Shown here: positions 51,380-64,000 of the stretch, piece by piece
Layout of the letters: each line of letters starts with the position of its first letter
Position numbering within the stretch: the first letter of the stretch is position 1
Assembly: GCA_003427395.1 (NCBI GenBank)
Contig: BFEA01000028.1
Coordinates: forward strand, 3,823,665 to 3,887,664
Reading direction: 5' to 3'
Source: Chara braunii
Lineage: Eukaryota > Plantae > Charophyceae
DNA length: 64,000 nucleotides
Program-made: the position numbers and the translations under genes
The notes under the pieces: generated by a model
What the model was told of the DNA's origin: nothing
The model's database searches: none
What the model saw: the letters and a program-made list of their open reading frames with translations, nothing else

Positions 51380-54300
51380 GCTCATGGCGATGGGGGAGAT
51401 GGTAGAGACGGAGGTTGAGAGGAAGGAGAATCAGAGTATTCGAGTTCGAGATCGTCGCCTTCCTCTTCAGAATCGAAGGATGACGTGGACGAGGGGAGAG
51501 ACGGAGAAGGAGGTAAGGGACGAAGATAGGAAATGTGTTGAATGATCGGTCGGGCCGATCGGCTTTCCGAGACCTCCCGCGCAAGCCGCACGGTGTTCAC
51601 TCCGCTCGGACCGAGCTCAACTACTAGGAATCGCCCGAAGAATTGTGGCGCTAACTTGCCCTGGCAAACACATTTCCTTACCTGCACTATGTCCCCTAAT
51701 TTATACTGGGGCCGAGTCCCAACGTTCCCATTTCGGGCCTCATAGCTCCGGACCTGTCGTCCGTGGGCCATTTCGGTTATCCGCTATCCTTTTCGGGCTA
51801 ATTGGGGGAGGGTTTTTTCCATTAATTCTAAGTGGCGATGAACCTTGTCTTTGACCGTCGCCCTCGTGGCTCGTCACGCTGGGGTCGTCTTGTCGTTCAG
51901 GCTCGGCAGAGCTACGCAGGCCAGACTATTAGTCGGTAACTGAAAAGGGGTCAGGCCGGTGGATTCAAGGGGTGTCCCTCGGTGGATAGCTAAGATGTGG
52001 TCTACGATATCGGGCCAAGGCCTCGTGTCCCGAGCCGCGATATTTTGCCGCAAAGCTGTCTTAATCACCCGGCTCGCATTCTCTACCAGTCCGTTCGACT
52101 GCGACACATGGGGGTCCGTATTGCGAATGGAGACGCCATGTACGACTAGGCTCCTTAAGACTTCTCCTCAGAATTCTGCCTCGTTGTCTGTTAGGATTTC
52201 CTCGGTGTCTTGATGCATTCCGAGGAAGCGGTTGACATACCGCACAATTTTTGCTGTCTATCGCGTTTTGCAAGGGTAGGCCTCGATCCATTTCGAGAAA
52301 TGATCCACGAATACCAGAAGAACTGAATATTCGCAGTTATTCGGTCCAGGGGACACGCCGATATCTGTCATGTCCATGCTAACCCTTTGGAACGGCTGCT
52401 CGACTATAGTAAGCACTATCGACCTAGGCGGATGAATCCGCTCCTTGTCTTTTGCGCTGACTGGACAATTATTAACGATGAATTTAACATCGTATTGGAT
52501 ATTGGACCAATACCATTCGTTTTTGTCAATTGCTGACTCCGTGATCCTGACAGCAAACTGAGCGGCGGTTTTTTTGTGGGCCGACTTAACCCCGTCGTAA
52601 CTCATGAACTGATGAGGCACTGACATCCAAGTCCCACTACCATCAGTCTCTCGTTTCTCTAACCGTTCGTCGTTCCATTGGTAATCTCGTGCCCTCTCGT
52701 TAGCCCGCCTCCGATCTTCCTTGGTGAATTCTCGGAGGGAGTTCCCGACCACCGTGGCTATCAAAACGACATTTGTCCATACTTCCGCCCGTCAAAATTT
52801 GCGTGTTTTTTCCAACCCTTCGGACATGGCTTCGAGGAATCAAGCCTCCGTCGGGATTTTATCGGTTTGACACAAGGGACATAACCAGGGTTTATCCTCA
52901 TTCTTATTTTGGATACAGGAGCAGTGGGCCTGAGAGACACACCATTCACAGTCTACCCACTCGACATACCCTTCGCCACTAGGATGCATAGGAACCGAAT
53001 AGACTCGCGATATTGCTTCGCAAAAACAACAAAATTTGTCAGGCAAGGAGAGAAGAGAAGAAAATGAGAGGGGAGAAAGGGGGCCTCTAGAGTTACCTTC
53101 TTCACCCATCGCCATCGTGTCCACGTGTCACTTCCTGGAGGTTCGGGGGAGAATGACCACTTCTCCGTACGGGGGTCCTTTGGCTGGCTCCGACTCCTTC
53201 CACGGGGTGATCTTTTTACCTTCGGCCACCTTGCTTGGTCGATGCAGTCATGTCAATCCGTCGGCGTTCCCGTGCTTTTCCGTCTTCCGATGGATGATGT
53301 CAAAGCCGTATTTATGTAGCCGGATAGCCCATTGCCCAATCATGCCCGTATAGTTAGTGAGCCTTTTGAGAGCCAGCAGGGGCTCGTGATCCGTGACGAG
53401 GAGGAACTTCTGTCCGTACAGATAAAAATGGAAGTGCTGAATTTTCCAAACAACCGCGTAGCACTCGCCTTGAGGGGCCGAATCGTTCCTTCTTTTGTCA
53501 GGTACAGTTCGCCGGGCGTATTCGATGACGTGTTCTCGACCATCCTTCCCCTTCTGGGGCAAAATAGCGGAGATCGCTTCAGGCTGCCAGTCTGTGATGA
53601 GAATGAATTGATTCTCAGAATCGAGCCGAATCAAAATAGACGTGGAGGCCAGGGTCTCCTTCAAAGTGACAAAGGTCTGTTCACACTCCGCGTCCCACTT
53701 CAGTGACTGGTCTTTCCGTAGGAGGTTCGTCAGAGGACGAGCAATCGCCACAAACCCCTTGATAAACCTCCAATAGTACGAGGCCAGCCCCAGAAAGGCT
53801 CGAACCGCCTCGACTTTTCTGGAATCTGGCCTCAAACCCCCTTAGGTTACTACGTACCCTAGGAACGAGATCTCTAAAAGGAAGAACTCACTTTTCTCTA
53901 GTGCGATCTTGAACCCAGCATCTCGCAATGCCCCCAGCGTCCATTCGATGTGCTCAGCGTGTCCGTGAAATGATTCCGAATACACTAGGATATCGTCAAT
54001 GTACACAATGACGCAAAAGTTGATCATTTTCTGGGTCAGTCTGATCTTGTTGACAAAGTTCTGGAATGTGACGTTCATCGCTCTCTGAAAGGTAGCCGGT
54101 GCATTGCATATTCCCATAGGGTAAGAAACCTATTGCCAAGTGCCTTCGAACAGTACGAACGTCGTTTTTGGCCGATCCTCCTCCTTAACTAGGATATGAT
54201 GAAACCTATGACAAATATCAAACTTACTGAAATAATTAGCACACCCAATCACATCCAATAAATCATCAATCCGGGGAAGGGGGTACACATCTTTGATCGT

Positions 54301-57300
54301 GATGTCATTTAACTTTCTATAATCGATGCATATGCGGATCGATCTGTTTTTCTTTGGAACTAGAACTACGGGGAATGGCCATGGTCCGTTAGCTGGATCA
54401 ATCCAACCATTAGTTTCGAATTCCCTGATTCATTCCAGCGATGTCCTTCGGTCGGCGAGGGAGTATCGGTATGGCTTGCAGTAGATTGGTCGGTGCGTTC
54501 CGATTTGGATTTCGTGCTGAATAATTAACGACAACCCGATATATGTGTCCTTGACGCTAATCGCCCCTTGATATTCGGTCAGGATATCTGCGATTAGTCA
54601 ATGAGTTTCGTCGGGCACGTACTGGGGTACATGTAGTTTATAAAGTTGTTCGTGTATGTTAACCATCACTTGTTTTGTGCCCACTTTACTACCGTTCCCT
54701 GGTGGAGGAGCTGAAATAAATGAGTTGTCCGATCGCTAGGAGAACACCGTGACGACCATTTGGGCGTCTTCTTCACGGATTGCCACGTGTTCTTCCAGTG
54801 TCACGCCATCGTCGATGTCCCGCAAGCTTACGGGTTTCTCGATGATCTTGATCCCGAGTTCGTAAGGGTTGCCGCACCCAGGGGGTTCCAAAGCTCCGTC
54901 CTCGGCGCCATGTTGCAGCAATCAAACCTTTTTCCCTGTAGAGAGTAGGGAACGAGGTTATTCTGTAATGTTGCAAAATGCTTTCTTGTCACTGTATCTC
55001 GAGAGATGTGGGGTGGTGGCTTCGCATAGGGTCCGAGCCGGTTCCAAAGAATCGGTCATTCGAGATACTTGCACGAGTGGTTCCCCTAAAATTAGAGCTC
55101 GCGTCCGTTGGAGGTTCCTTTCCGTGAGGACGAATGCTTTCGTTGTTTTCTGCCGATGGGGTAGCGAGTCAGTTGGTGCGCCATGTCCCAGATCTCTGGG
55201 TCCGCTTCGTCCTTGCTCTCAAAGGAGCTATTTGATAACTCTGGTTCCTTTCCCCTCTTGCCCGTTTATTTGAGGGGTCCCCTCCAGGTGATCACATGGA
55301 GTGTTTCTCTGTTCCCGGGACGAGTTTTCCGGGTCGTAGGGAGTGTAGTTCGGAGAGTTAGACGCATCGGGATGACGTACGGTTTCATGCCCGTATTCCA
55401 AAGGATGATTGACCGCCTTTCGAAATCGAGATTGACTCTTAGTGCAGTAAGGGCCGGTAATCCCAAAAGAACATCGTATGTATTTACGTCTAGTACCACG
55501 ACATCTCCCAACACGTGAACTTTTCCCAATTGAAATGCAACATTTGTCATCCTTCCTACCACCTTGATATTTTCCTCGTCGGCGGAGACAAGGTGATCTC
55601 CTTCTGCTACGGGATCAGATTTTTTCTTCTTCCTACCTGTTTCATGACCCTCAAGGAAATGGCTAGGACCGCGGCCCCCGAGTCGATAATACTAGCATTG
55701 TACGGATTTCCCCAGACTTCTATGTCGCATTCCACGGATTTCCACGGAATGGTCTTAATGCGCAGAAAACGATCGTTTTTTCAGATGAGTCGTAACAATA
55801 TTGGGTCGGAGGTGCTGGGGGCATCGGGCTTGTCTTCACCGGCGGGGGCTTTCCCTTTGATGGCTGCTTGCTTAGCATGGGCAAACCGTTTCCGGTTTGC
55901 CTTGCAATGCTGCAACATTCATTCATTCGCTTGTTCCGATATGGACAGTAGGTGTCCAATGAGCAAAGGGATTCGATGGTCCAAGGCTCGGACGATGTTC
56001 AGGACATCAATTTCTCCCGTAGCTAAGGCAGGGTCACCCGATTCAATTTCTCCGGGGGACGGTCTCCATTCCACTATTTTTCGTTGCTCGTTCGCTGGGC
56101 GGATGGTTCCAATCATTCCCAACCCTGGGTAGCCCAGCGAGATGTATTGATCAAGCGGGATAAGTTCCGCAGCTTCCTCAGTGGTAACTATCGCACCCCC
56201 TCCCCCTTCCATCTCCTCAACTATCGTGCTCACTCTTCCTGGTCCGTTGACCACTAGTGCTGCTGCCACAGGGGCGACTCCTACCTGGACTTGCGCCGTT
56301 TGATTGGGGCTGTCCCGGGCTAGGTGGCCGAGCTGGTGACACGTGTAGCAGACGCTTAGATTAGCCGCCACACCGCCCACAGTCTGAGGGGGGGCTGCTG
56401 CTTGTGTTATGGGCGCAACTCAGACGACAATAGGGCGGATCGATCTCATCAGGGATTCTACCCGGGCATTATGCTCACACTTTTCTTTCTTGCTTTCTTG
56501 CATAAGGCTAACTAGTGTTCGAGTTAGCTCCAGTATGGCGTTTGACTCACTTGGTTTCACGGGGGCATCTGAGGGTGGCGTAGGTGTGACCATCACAGGC
56601 AGTCCCGTGGTTGTGTCCGGTATCGATCTCTTAACTACAACATGTTCTAGGTAAGTGACGGGGCCGGAGACGAAGACCATGTTTTCAAATTTGTTTTGGA
56701 GCGCGGTTAATTCGGCCTTCGCTCTGGCCAATTCCGAAGAGTCTCCTTCCTTGGCGTGGTCTTCCCCTTCTAAGTAGCAGCAAACTTTTTCTTCATTTCT
56801 TCTGCAACGTTCATGATCTGTTGCATGGTGTGGTTGATTGGGGAGAACTGATTCCACAATTTCGCCCTCATTGCACGACTCTGCAGCCCATCGATGAACA
56901 AATCTCTCCCGACTTCCTCGCCCCGTTCTGACTTAACAAACAATCTATAGAGCCTACTGTGGTATTTGGTGACGAATTTGGGGGGCTTCTGGACTCGATC
57001 TTTAATCATGAAGAAGGCCTGTTCAGGGTGGATGTAATCAAATCGAGTTAAGAAGTCCCTTTCGAAGGTCGGAAGATCTACCCAGACGTAAGTGGTAAAT
57101 CAATTGTGTGCAACCCCTCCCAACGTGGGGGGATGTTGATCCTGGCCTCGCCATTGTCGTATTGTTGTGCACTCAGCGTGACTATCCATGCTCCGACCAA
57201 ATGATGTGCGGGGTATAAGAGGTATAGATTAGGCGGGGTCATCGGTGCGCATGCTCGAGGGGCTGGGGCCCCACCGACATTTGGTGTCGGGTTGGCATTC

Positions 57301-57302
57301 AT
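51380..57302 (-). pseudogene. gag-pol polyprotein remnants (zinc knuckle, aspartic protease, RT, RNase H, integrase, GPY/F)
   Basis: CYTCHQLGHLARDS; IIDSGAAV; YPLPRIDDLL, NAPATFQRAM, YIDDILVYS; FLGLASYY, LITDWQP, ECYAVVW, TDHEPL; VDHFSKW, SNGLVE; KLAPQFFGRF. Many stops and frameshifts. Confidence 0.92.
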
Positions 57303-57447
57303 ATTGGCGGCCTGCCGACTTGTCGATCTACTTCGGGTTCTTATAGGGTCGTGGCGTGGCGCGTTCCTCTGCCTAAGACGCCCTCTGTTCACCAGATCGT
57401 CTCTTAAATCCTACCTGATTGGCAATATCTAGGCCTACCACGTGTCG

Positions 57448-57459
57448 ACTCCAATACCA
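57448..57459 (-). promoter_or_regulatory. Primer-binding site, degenerate initiator tRNA-Met type
   Basis: TGGTATTGGAGT vs canonical TGGTATCAGAGC (9/12), abutting the 5' LTR. Confidence 0.6.
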
Positions 57460-58686
57460 ACCTCACGCCTGACACAACTTCCTGATCGGAGTGTGGGTGG
57501 GCCTGAAAGTGCGAAAAGGGGTGTGCCAAGGATTTTAGGAAAGTGGGAGTGGAGTCTCAGGTCGGAATTGAGATCTCATGTGGCAAGCTCTAGGATACGA
57601 ATGCAGGAGGGTAGGCGTAGACTGAAGTCTTGTTTTGTGCTTCGAGAAGCAGAGCTACCGCCTCCGTGGGTTCCGTTGCCCGGACCGGGGTTGTATCTGG
57701 TGCACCATCGAGATGCTATGGCTGGCTCGTCACCTGTCGACGTCCAATATCGTAAGTCTCCGAATCTGACGCGACCGGTCTCAATCGAAGGCTGTGTGCC
57801 CGTCGTTCTTCCTCCGAGTGAGTTCGTCGAATGAAGCCAGAGGCTCGGTACTCGTGGTCCTGCAGACACTCCGAGCACGGGGGTTGGGGCCAGTAAGGAG
57901 CGATTGCGAGCCAGGGGACGATGATTAGGGAGTGATAGGGTAGGATGCGGTGTTAGGGAGGGAATTCGGTCCCCAAGATAATAATCCCGGGCTCCGTGAC
58001 GACGTGACACGTGTATGTGCTAGAGTAGCTGGGGAGATGGGGGATACGTTCCAAGGCCTGGTTGATATCCCATTCGCAAATACGTTCGTTCCCCGTGAAG
58101 TAGGGAAATTCCGGCCTGGGTCGTAAAGACAAGCAAGAGTGCTCCCAATATTCCTGGAATTCCCGATCCCTCAAGCACTCGTGGTCAGTGATACGAAAGG
58201 GAACGCCGAAATTCATGCTGCAAGTCGGGGTGGAAAACCAGCCATTCGGGAAATTGGTCAAGTTCAGGTTTCGCACACGCGCGTGTAGGAAAGCCAGCGG
58301 TTCGTGAGATGGATCGTCCTATAGTGAGACGGTCATCTAATCGTCTGGCATGCTTATCTAGTTCATACACAGACCTAATCACACCTAACATCCATGCATC
58401 TAGCTTGCATACAAACAGAAGGAATCGATGATCCTTATGCAACAATTCTTTGGCCAATCAGCCCAGAGATCATACAAGGCTCAATTGCCGGTAACCAATC
58501 AATCAGATTTGTCGATTCAAAAAGACAGAGAAGGGGAGTGGGGGAAGACAATCCACACATCAGTCTCCAAGGAAAGAAAACAAGGGAAAAATATGAGATG
58601 TCGATCCAAAAAGGACGAGGGCAACTGGCGCCGAATACCAAAATTGCTCAGAAGGATGGAAGAGAAACATCACCACAACACATCCC

Positions 58687-58732
<46 letters not shown>

Positions 58733-58854
58733 NNNNNNNNNNNNNNNNNNNNNNNNNNNNNNNNNNNNNNNNNNNNNNNNNNNNNNNNNNNNNNNNNNNN
58801 NNNNNNNNNNNNNNNNNNNNNNNNNNNNNNNNNNNNNNNNNNNNNNNNNNNNNN

Positions 58855-58916
<62 letters not shown>

Positions 58917-59877
58917 ACAGCATCCTGATGCGGGCAGTCCGTCGCCTCGCACCCACACAGAGTTGTCACCCCGCTTAGTTTGAGCATGCAAGCCAGGTTT
59001 GCTCGTGCGCCACAGTCCGTCGCGGCCCCACGTCAACCCCGCATGCCCAGCACCAGCTCGTCGGATCGCCCAACTCTCTACTCACCTTCCAACTCTTGAT
59101 CGTTAGCCGATCCTCTCGACTGCGCTAACTCCCAAAATTCTTAGAGAGAGAGTTAATCGCGCTTGTGAAATTTATAGCATGCATGCTTGCGCAAGATACC
59201 CGGGGTTGTGCCTGAGTGGAAAAGGAGGAGGAAGGAAATGCCTACGTCTGCATGGCCGGGCCGCGGCGTGGGGGACGTAGCCTCACTCCACACATTGATC
59301 CGGTCGTGCAAGCGTTCAAGCCAGTAGGACGGAGGAAGAAGTACGAGCGCATAGGGACGCCACAACAAGCGTTCAAGAACGAGAGGATTGCAGTTGCAAT
59401 TATGCCTGCCAAAACAAAAATTACAGTTACACGCAAGGATTAAGGCGAGGAAAAGTCAGAACACAGATCCTGACGCAGCAAAGCGTGCGCAAGCAAGAAG
59501 CGCCGTGCGACAAAAATTGAGATGCGCCTAAATTCCTAATCTAAATCCCAATTGCAAAAAGAAATTTCGAACGAAGCAAATTCCGAGACCCCACGGGGGC
59601 TCGACATCAGTTGAAAATTCAAAAAGATTTTTTCGCGCGATGATCGTGCCAAAATTCTCATTTCCCACAGCAGAACAAGAAAGAAGCTATGACAACAGTT
59701 ATCTTTCGTGCTCTCTAAGGCGTGATCAGCTATCAACCGTCACAAGATTACCCCGGCCTCGATTCCGAAAAACAAGAAAAGCAAGGGCACCCATGTAATC
59801 CAGTGGGCCCTCCCGATTCAATCCCCGAAGTAGCCTTGCACAGAAAATCGCACGGTTGCAGAAAACAGTTCGTCACA
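57460..59877 (-). repeat. 5' LTR; lacks the terminal GCGTCACA seen in the 3' LTR
   Basis: Direct repeat of 47776-50212 with many substitutions and indels. Confidence 0.9.
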
Positions 59878-61724
59878 GGGCAGGGTAAGGCAGTGCCTGG
59901 AGAAGGGTTTGGGGCAGGGTGGTCATGGATATGGTAGTGGGCATTTTTAGGGTAGGGGGAGTGGGGAGGGTGGATGCATGGTAGGGGGGCGGCGGAGGGG
60001 CATCTTGGCAGGGCCGGGGGGGTGAGTGCAGTGGGTCAGGGACGAACACAAAGTGCTGACACGGCTGCCTATCCCATGGCCTCTCAGTGGCTAGCCAGGG
60101 TTTCCAGTGTAGTTATTCTGTGAATTGAGCTCGCAGAGCCAAGAATCCTTATAAACCCACACAGAGGAAGTTTGCTGAGATTTCTGCCTGCTTGGCCTTA
60201 TCAGGTTCATTTTTGCAGTATTTCTTGGAGCTCCTTCCAGGCCGCATGGGTGTTAGAGGTTATGGTTTCGGCTATCAATGCCCTGGCCAGCATGTAGCCG
60301 AATGTACGTTGGTGGTGTTCGTGTGAACACCGCATTCCAGGAAGCCGTCAAGATAGTTAGCCTTGTGACTTTGAAGAAGTTCACCATGAAGGGTGACCAC
60401 TGACCCAAGTGTGGAGAGATATCACCCAGCAGGAGAGTTTTTATGTCCCATGGCAGGTGAATGCCGGTGAAGTAGTGCCATGCCTCATCCCACCAACGCC
60501 ACAGTTGGGTCTACCAGGGAACATCCTCCAACACATACGTTTTTTTTTTTTGTTTTTTTTTCTTTTGACAACACTCGCAGAGGCAGATAGGAGAGAATGA
60601 TAGGCATACCCTCCTACCTCCGGTCTATTAGTGGGGAGCGGCACCTGCTGGAAAATGGGTCCAGGTGCTGAGACAAAAGGAGAGTGTAGGCTCTTCAGTC
60701 CCTTGACAGGCCTGCCAGATCTATCTAGATATCCTAGCTACCTTCCCGTAAGAAAAGGCCCCTTTGGGCGCTGGGCCCGCTTCCCAACACATGCTGCTCC
60801 CCATGAATAGTTGGAGCATTGGGGTAACTTCAGTAGAGTGCACTTCGGGCACCCTACCTGGCCAGAAAGCTGGGTTGTATACATTGCCCAAACTGCAATT
60901 CGAAACTGTATCTTGGCCCATAGTGCAATTATAACTCGTTTTTGTGACTCCCGCGCAGAAACTTCCCCCAGACCATACTACTGAAGGTCAACCAACGCCA
61001 ACTCTGGGGGAGGAAGGGATCAATGGAAAGAACTCTGGGGATCTGAGGGTGACTCCCGGCTGGAGTGAAAACCAGTCCCGGAAGTCGAGATGGAAGTTCC
61101 GCTTCAAGGTTTCTTCAATACCTCTCTCCTAATCCACGGGGCAGGTTTGCACCATGGCGTTGGTGGCAGAACGAAGCTGTACCAGCCATTCATCATGCTG
61201 ATGTGTGGGATGGGCAGTCCTTGCCAGAGGGGGAACACAAACAGTGCCATGCTGAGCACTGCACTGTGGCCAGTCGCTGCATCTCCCATTCTTCCCAACC
61301 CAGGCGACATTAGCTGTGTCCCCTACCTTCTTCACCTGAATACAAAAGACGGTCATTAAAGCTGTATTTGGGTTATCTTTCAGTCTAAATACAACAATAA
61401 TGACCGTATGTTGTATTCGGGTGAAAAAGGTAGCCAATATTGCTCTTGCATGGTACCCAGCAACATCGGCCATTGCCCAGCAATATTGGCGAGGGCTCTG
61501 CTAACGCTAGCTTGGGAGTGTGGACGGTAGGGCACCAAGCATGGCAAGGCATATACGCAAGGGCAAATTGGAGTTGAACCCATGACCTCCTGAATGCAGT
61601 CTGTGTACCTTATGAACCTCGCTAGGCCCATTCTGCATTCTGGTTCAGAATCCTATACCTACCTCACGGTAGGTCCCAATGGGTTTTGGTCATAAGAACA
61701 GCCCAGTGGCTAAGTCCCACTAGC

Positions 61725-61828
61725 ATACTTCTTCCGCCCTTTTGGCTAAAAATAGATCAAGTGTAGTATGTGTTCTGATCAGTTCAATACCTGATCCGCG
61801 GTCCATCAGGCCACACATAAATAAAAAA
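61725..61828 (+). pseudogene. U2: 3'-truncated U2 snRNA retrocopy (first ~93 nt) with A-rich tail and TSD
   Basis: ATACTTCTTCCGCCCTTTTGGCTAA...GATCAAGTGTAGTATGTGTTCTGATCAGTT...GGTCCATCAGGCCACAC then ATAAATAAAAAA; GTCCCACT at 61714-61721 and 61831-61838. Confidence 0.88.
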
Positions 61829-61863
61829 TGGTCCCACTCTCGGGCGTTTAGACTTGTGAGTAT

Positions 61864-62547
61864 GGGGCTCGTTCCACACTCCTCGGGGCATCCTCAGGGC
61901 CCGAGGACGATTCCTTGGAGTCGGCCGAGGAAATTCCCGCCTTCGTTCCACTCATCCTCGGAAATGTTCCCCGAGGACGATTCCTCGGGTGCTCCCGCGG
62001 CCAGTTGCATATTTCAACACGCGAATGCCTGACCGCAACAAACGACAAAAGCACGGTAACGCATTCCGTTTGTGAACAGATTGCGCAATCGCCCGGCCGG
62101 GGGACGGTTGAAATATTCGAATCTGGCGACCGTTGGGCGCCTTCCCGCTTGGGGACAAGGGCGGCGACGCAAGAAAGCCGCTTTTCGAAGTCGTGGAAGC
62201 GACCGGGCCGCAAAAGGGGACCGTTGGCGGACTCTTCCATGACGCCGACCGTTGCCGATCGAAGATGTCCGTCCACGGGCGCCAGGAACAACAGTGGTAC
62301 AGACGGCCGTCGCAAAATGTCGTTGAGAGAGCTGCCGACGACGTCCCGATTCTTCCGGATGCTCGACCTCCGAGGGACCTCGGGAGGTCCCTTGGGGAAC
62401 GCGTCGAAATGGCTGTGGCCCGAGGAATCCCCGAGGAATCCCCGAGGAAATGTTTTCACTTTTTTTTTTCAATTTGTTCCCCGAGGATAAGTGGAACGAT
62501 CATTTCCTCGGGGGATTTACGCGCCCGAGGAGTGTGGAACGAGCCCC
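61864..62547 (-). mobile_element. PIF/Harbinger-type MITE, copy 2
   Basis: Perfect TIR GGGGCTCGTTCCACACTCCTCGGG; 3-bp TSD TAT at 61861-61863 and 62548-62550. Confidence 0.9.
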
Positions 62548-64000
62548 TATGTGACGGTTCCTACCATCCTATCTGAGAATCTCACAGCTGAATTGTGGTG
62601 AAGTTGAAAGTACTCGGACACTAAATGAAACCCCGGCTGGTGGGAATCAGGCCTGGACCCTACTGCATGGCAGTGGCTTGGTGGCTGGAATGCATTTGGA
62701 AACCAGTAAGCGTAGCCACCGGGAATGGGCAAGACAGAACAGACCCCATGGTGACCGAATTTTCGGCACCTTCCTAGCTGTCGGTTACCTGACCAGGAAG
62801 GGCAAGTTGACCTCCGCTTTTCTAGCTACACTTCCAATCCCAGTGTCTCCTTTCCGCACAGGACGGCTGAAACGAGAGGGTAAGGCCTGTAGTCGCTCGT
62901 TCACACCTAGCTCCAGAAGTACCCGTGCAACAGGGCTTGCCAGGTGTCCACTTCAACCAGGGCTGAGTGGGGAAGTAGGTGTTCCCCCGCCCAGCCCAGG
63001 TGCCTGCAACCGCTGTCTGGTCAGGTCACCTTGCCGAGTTGGTGATGGGTGGTGGTCCTGGGCGGTCCACACTAAGGTAGGACAGAGGGGGTGGGGGTGC
63101 GCCAGGGAATTGATGAGAGAAAGGGTGGATGGGGGTCTATAGAGGGGAGTTACAAAAATAAAAAGGAGAAAACTACGGCGCAGTCAGGGTTTGAGTTTGA
63201 AAATGCACTTGAGGCAAAAGGGCCGGTAATGGTGAATGTATATTTCGGATCCGGTCGTGGGGGTGCACGTGGGGGTGTGTTGTGTTCGCGGGATTGCGTG
63301 AAGTGCATTTTCAAACTGTTTTCGTGACTGCACTCAAGTTACCCCCAAAAAAAGAGAAGGAAAAGAAAAGATGAAGGAGAGTCACAAAAGCGAGTTATAA
63401 TTGCACTATGGGGCAAGATACAGTTTGCAATTGCACTTTGGGCACCCTACCTGGCCAGAAAGCTGGGTTGTATACATTGCCCGAACTGCAATTCAAAACT
63501 GTATCTTGGCTCCTAGTGCAATTATAACTTTTTTTTTTTTTTTTTTTTCATATTTTCCTTCAATTTCAGACTGAAAACGATCCGAGGCCGGGGACCCCAC
63601 AATTCCACCCGGTGGTTATCCTGGCAGCATCAGCCGGTTTAGCTTATCCCACTTTGTATCAATCAAACTCCAATGCCTGTGCTTATCTGCTAACATGTAA
63701 CCAGATTGGTGCTGTGTAGTTGGTTAGAAAATAGGTGAAGCGGTTTGCTCTGAACCTGGACACTCGGTTCCTGTCGGCGGTGGGCGGTAGACCGCAAGAG
63801 TAGGGGAGGGTGGAGAGTGTCAGGTAGGTAGGCAGGGAGAGTCTTCTCCCTTTGGCCAGTTTAGGCTGAGTTCAGACCATTTTGAGGTTGTGCAGACCTA
63901 GCCGGTTCTAAGGAATGGAATAATTAAAAAAAGGGATAACTGCTCCTGGGTCACACTTTAAGTTCAAAACAGCCAAAAAAACACTTAATGGTAACATCCT

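Larger units (their letters stand above)
47776..59877 (-). mobile_element. Full-length, defective Ty3/gypsy LTR retrotransposon
   Basis: Two ~2.4-kb LTRs with TGTGACG...CGTCACA termini; GGGC at 47772-47775 and 59878-59881; gag-PR-RT-RH-IN order. Confidence 0.93.
60100..63100 (-). mobile_element. Highly decayed L1-like LINE ORF2 C-terminal fragments interrupted by MITEs and a U2 retrocopy
   Basis: Minus-strand pieces LWRWWDEAWHYFTGIHLPWDIKTLLLGDIS (~60420-60505), KVHRLHSGGHG..NL (GGLG-like, ~61570-61610) and W...LALPGQVT (~62780-62860) resemble post-RT L1 motifs and occur in the expected order. Confidence 0.45.

Noticed and set aside
51250-51385. Chromodomain at the integrase C-terminus
   Set aside because: FSTEQVISDRL and YSDHD*VP are suggestive but too degenerate and frameshifted to call.

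Overview
Eukaryotic, repeat-rich nuclear DNA with long (GA/CT)n microsatellites and seven N gaps. The LBD gene and the Ty3 pol style suggest a streptophyte, possibly a charophyte alga such as Chara (inference only). The only clearly intact host gene is an intronless class I LOB-domain (LBD) transcription factor (6013-6651, -), followed by a decayed tandem paralogue. The rest is nested mobile DNA. (i) A 14.5-kb DNA transposon (12232-26756; imperfect ~31-bp TIRs, TATT TSD) encodes a Sola-like DDD transposase plus unusual cargo: a disrupted ~1,900-codon ORF with ParB-like and beta-class DNA-methyltransferase-like segments, a Ulp1/C48 SUMO protease, two orphan ORFs, and TCGA/CGATCG-rich arrays directly upstream of both main genes. 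It inserted into the TSD of a full-length U2 snRNA retrocopy. (ii) A probable 3' remnant of an LTR element (~28.7-35 kb) carries ten stem-loops with a near-invariant ~17-nt loop but different, mutually complementary stems. (iii) A defective full-length Ty3/gypsy element (47776-59877, GGGC TSD) and an inverted solo LTR of the same family with a nested hAT MITE. (iv) Harbinger-type and other MITEs, L1-like fragments, a second truncated U2 retrocopy, and a scrambled, hairpin-forming NDUFS6 pseudogene. All calls are from reading by eye; no database searches were run.
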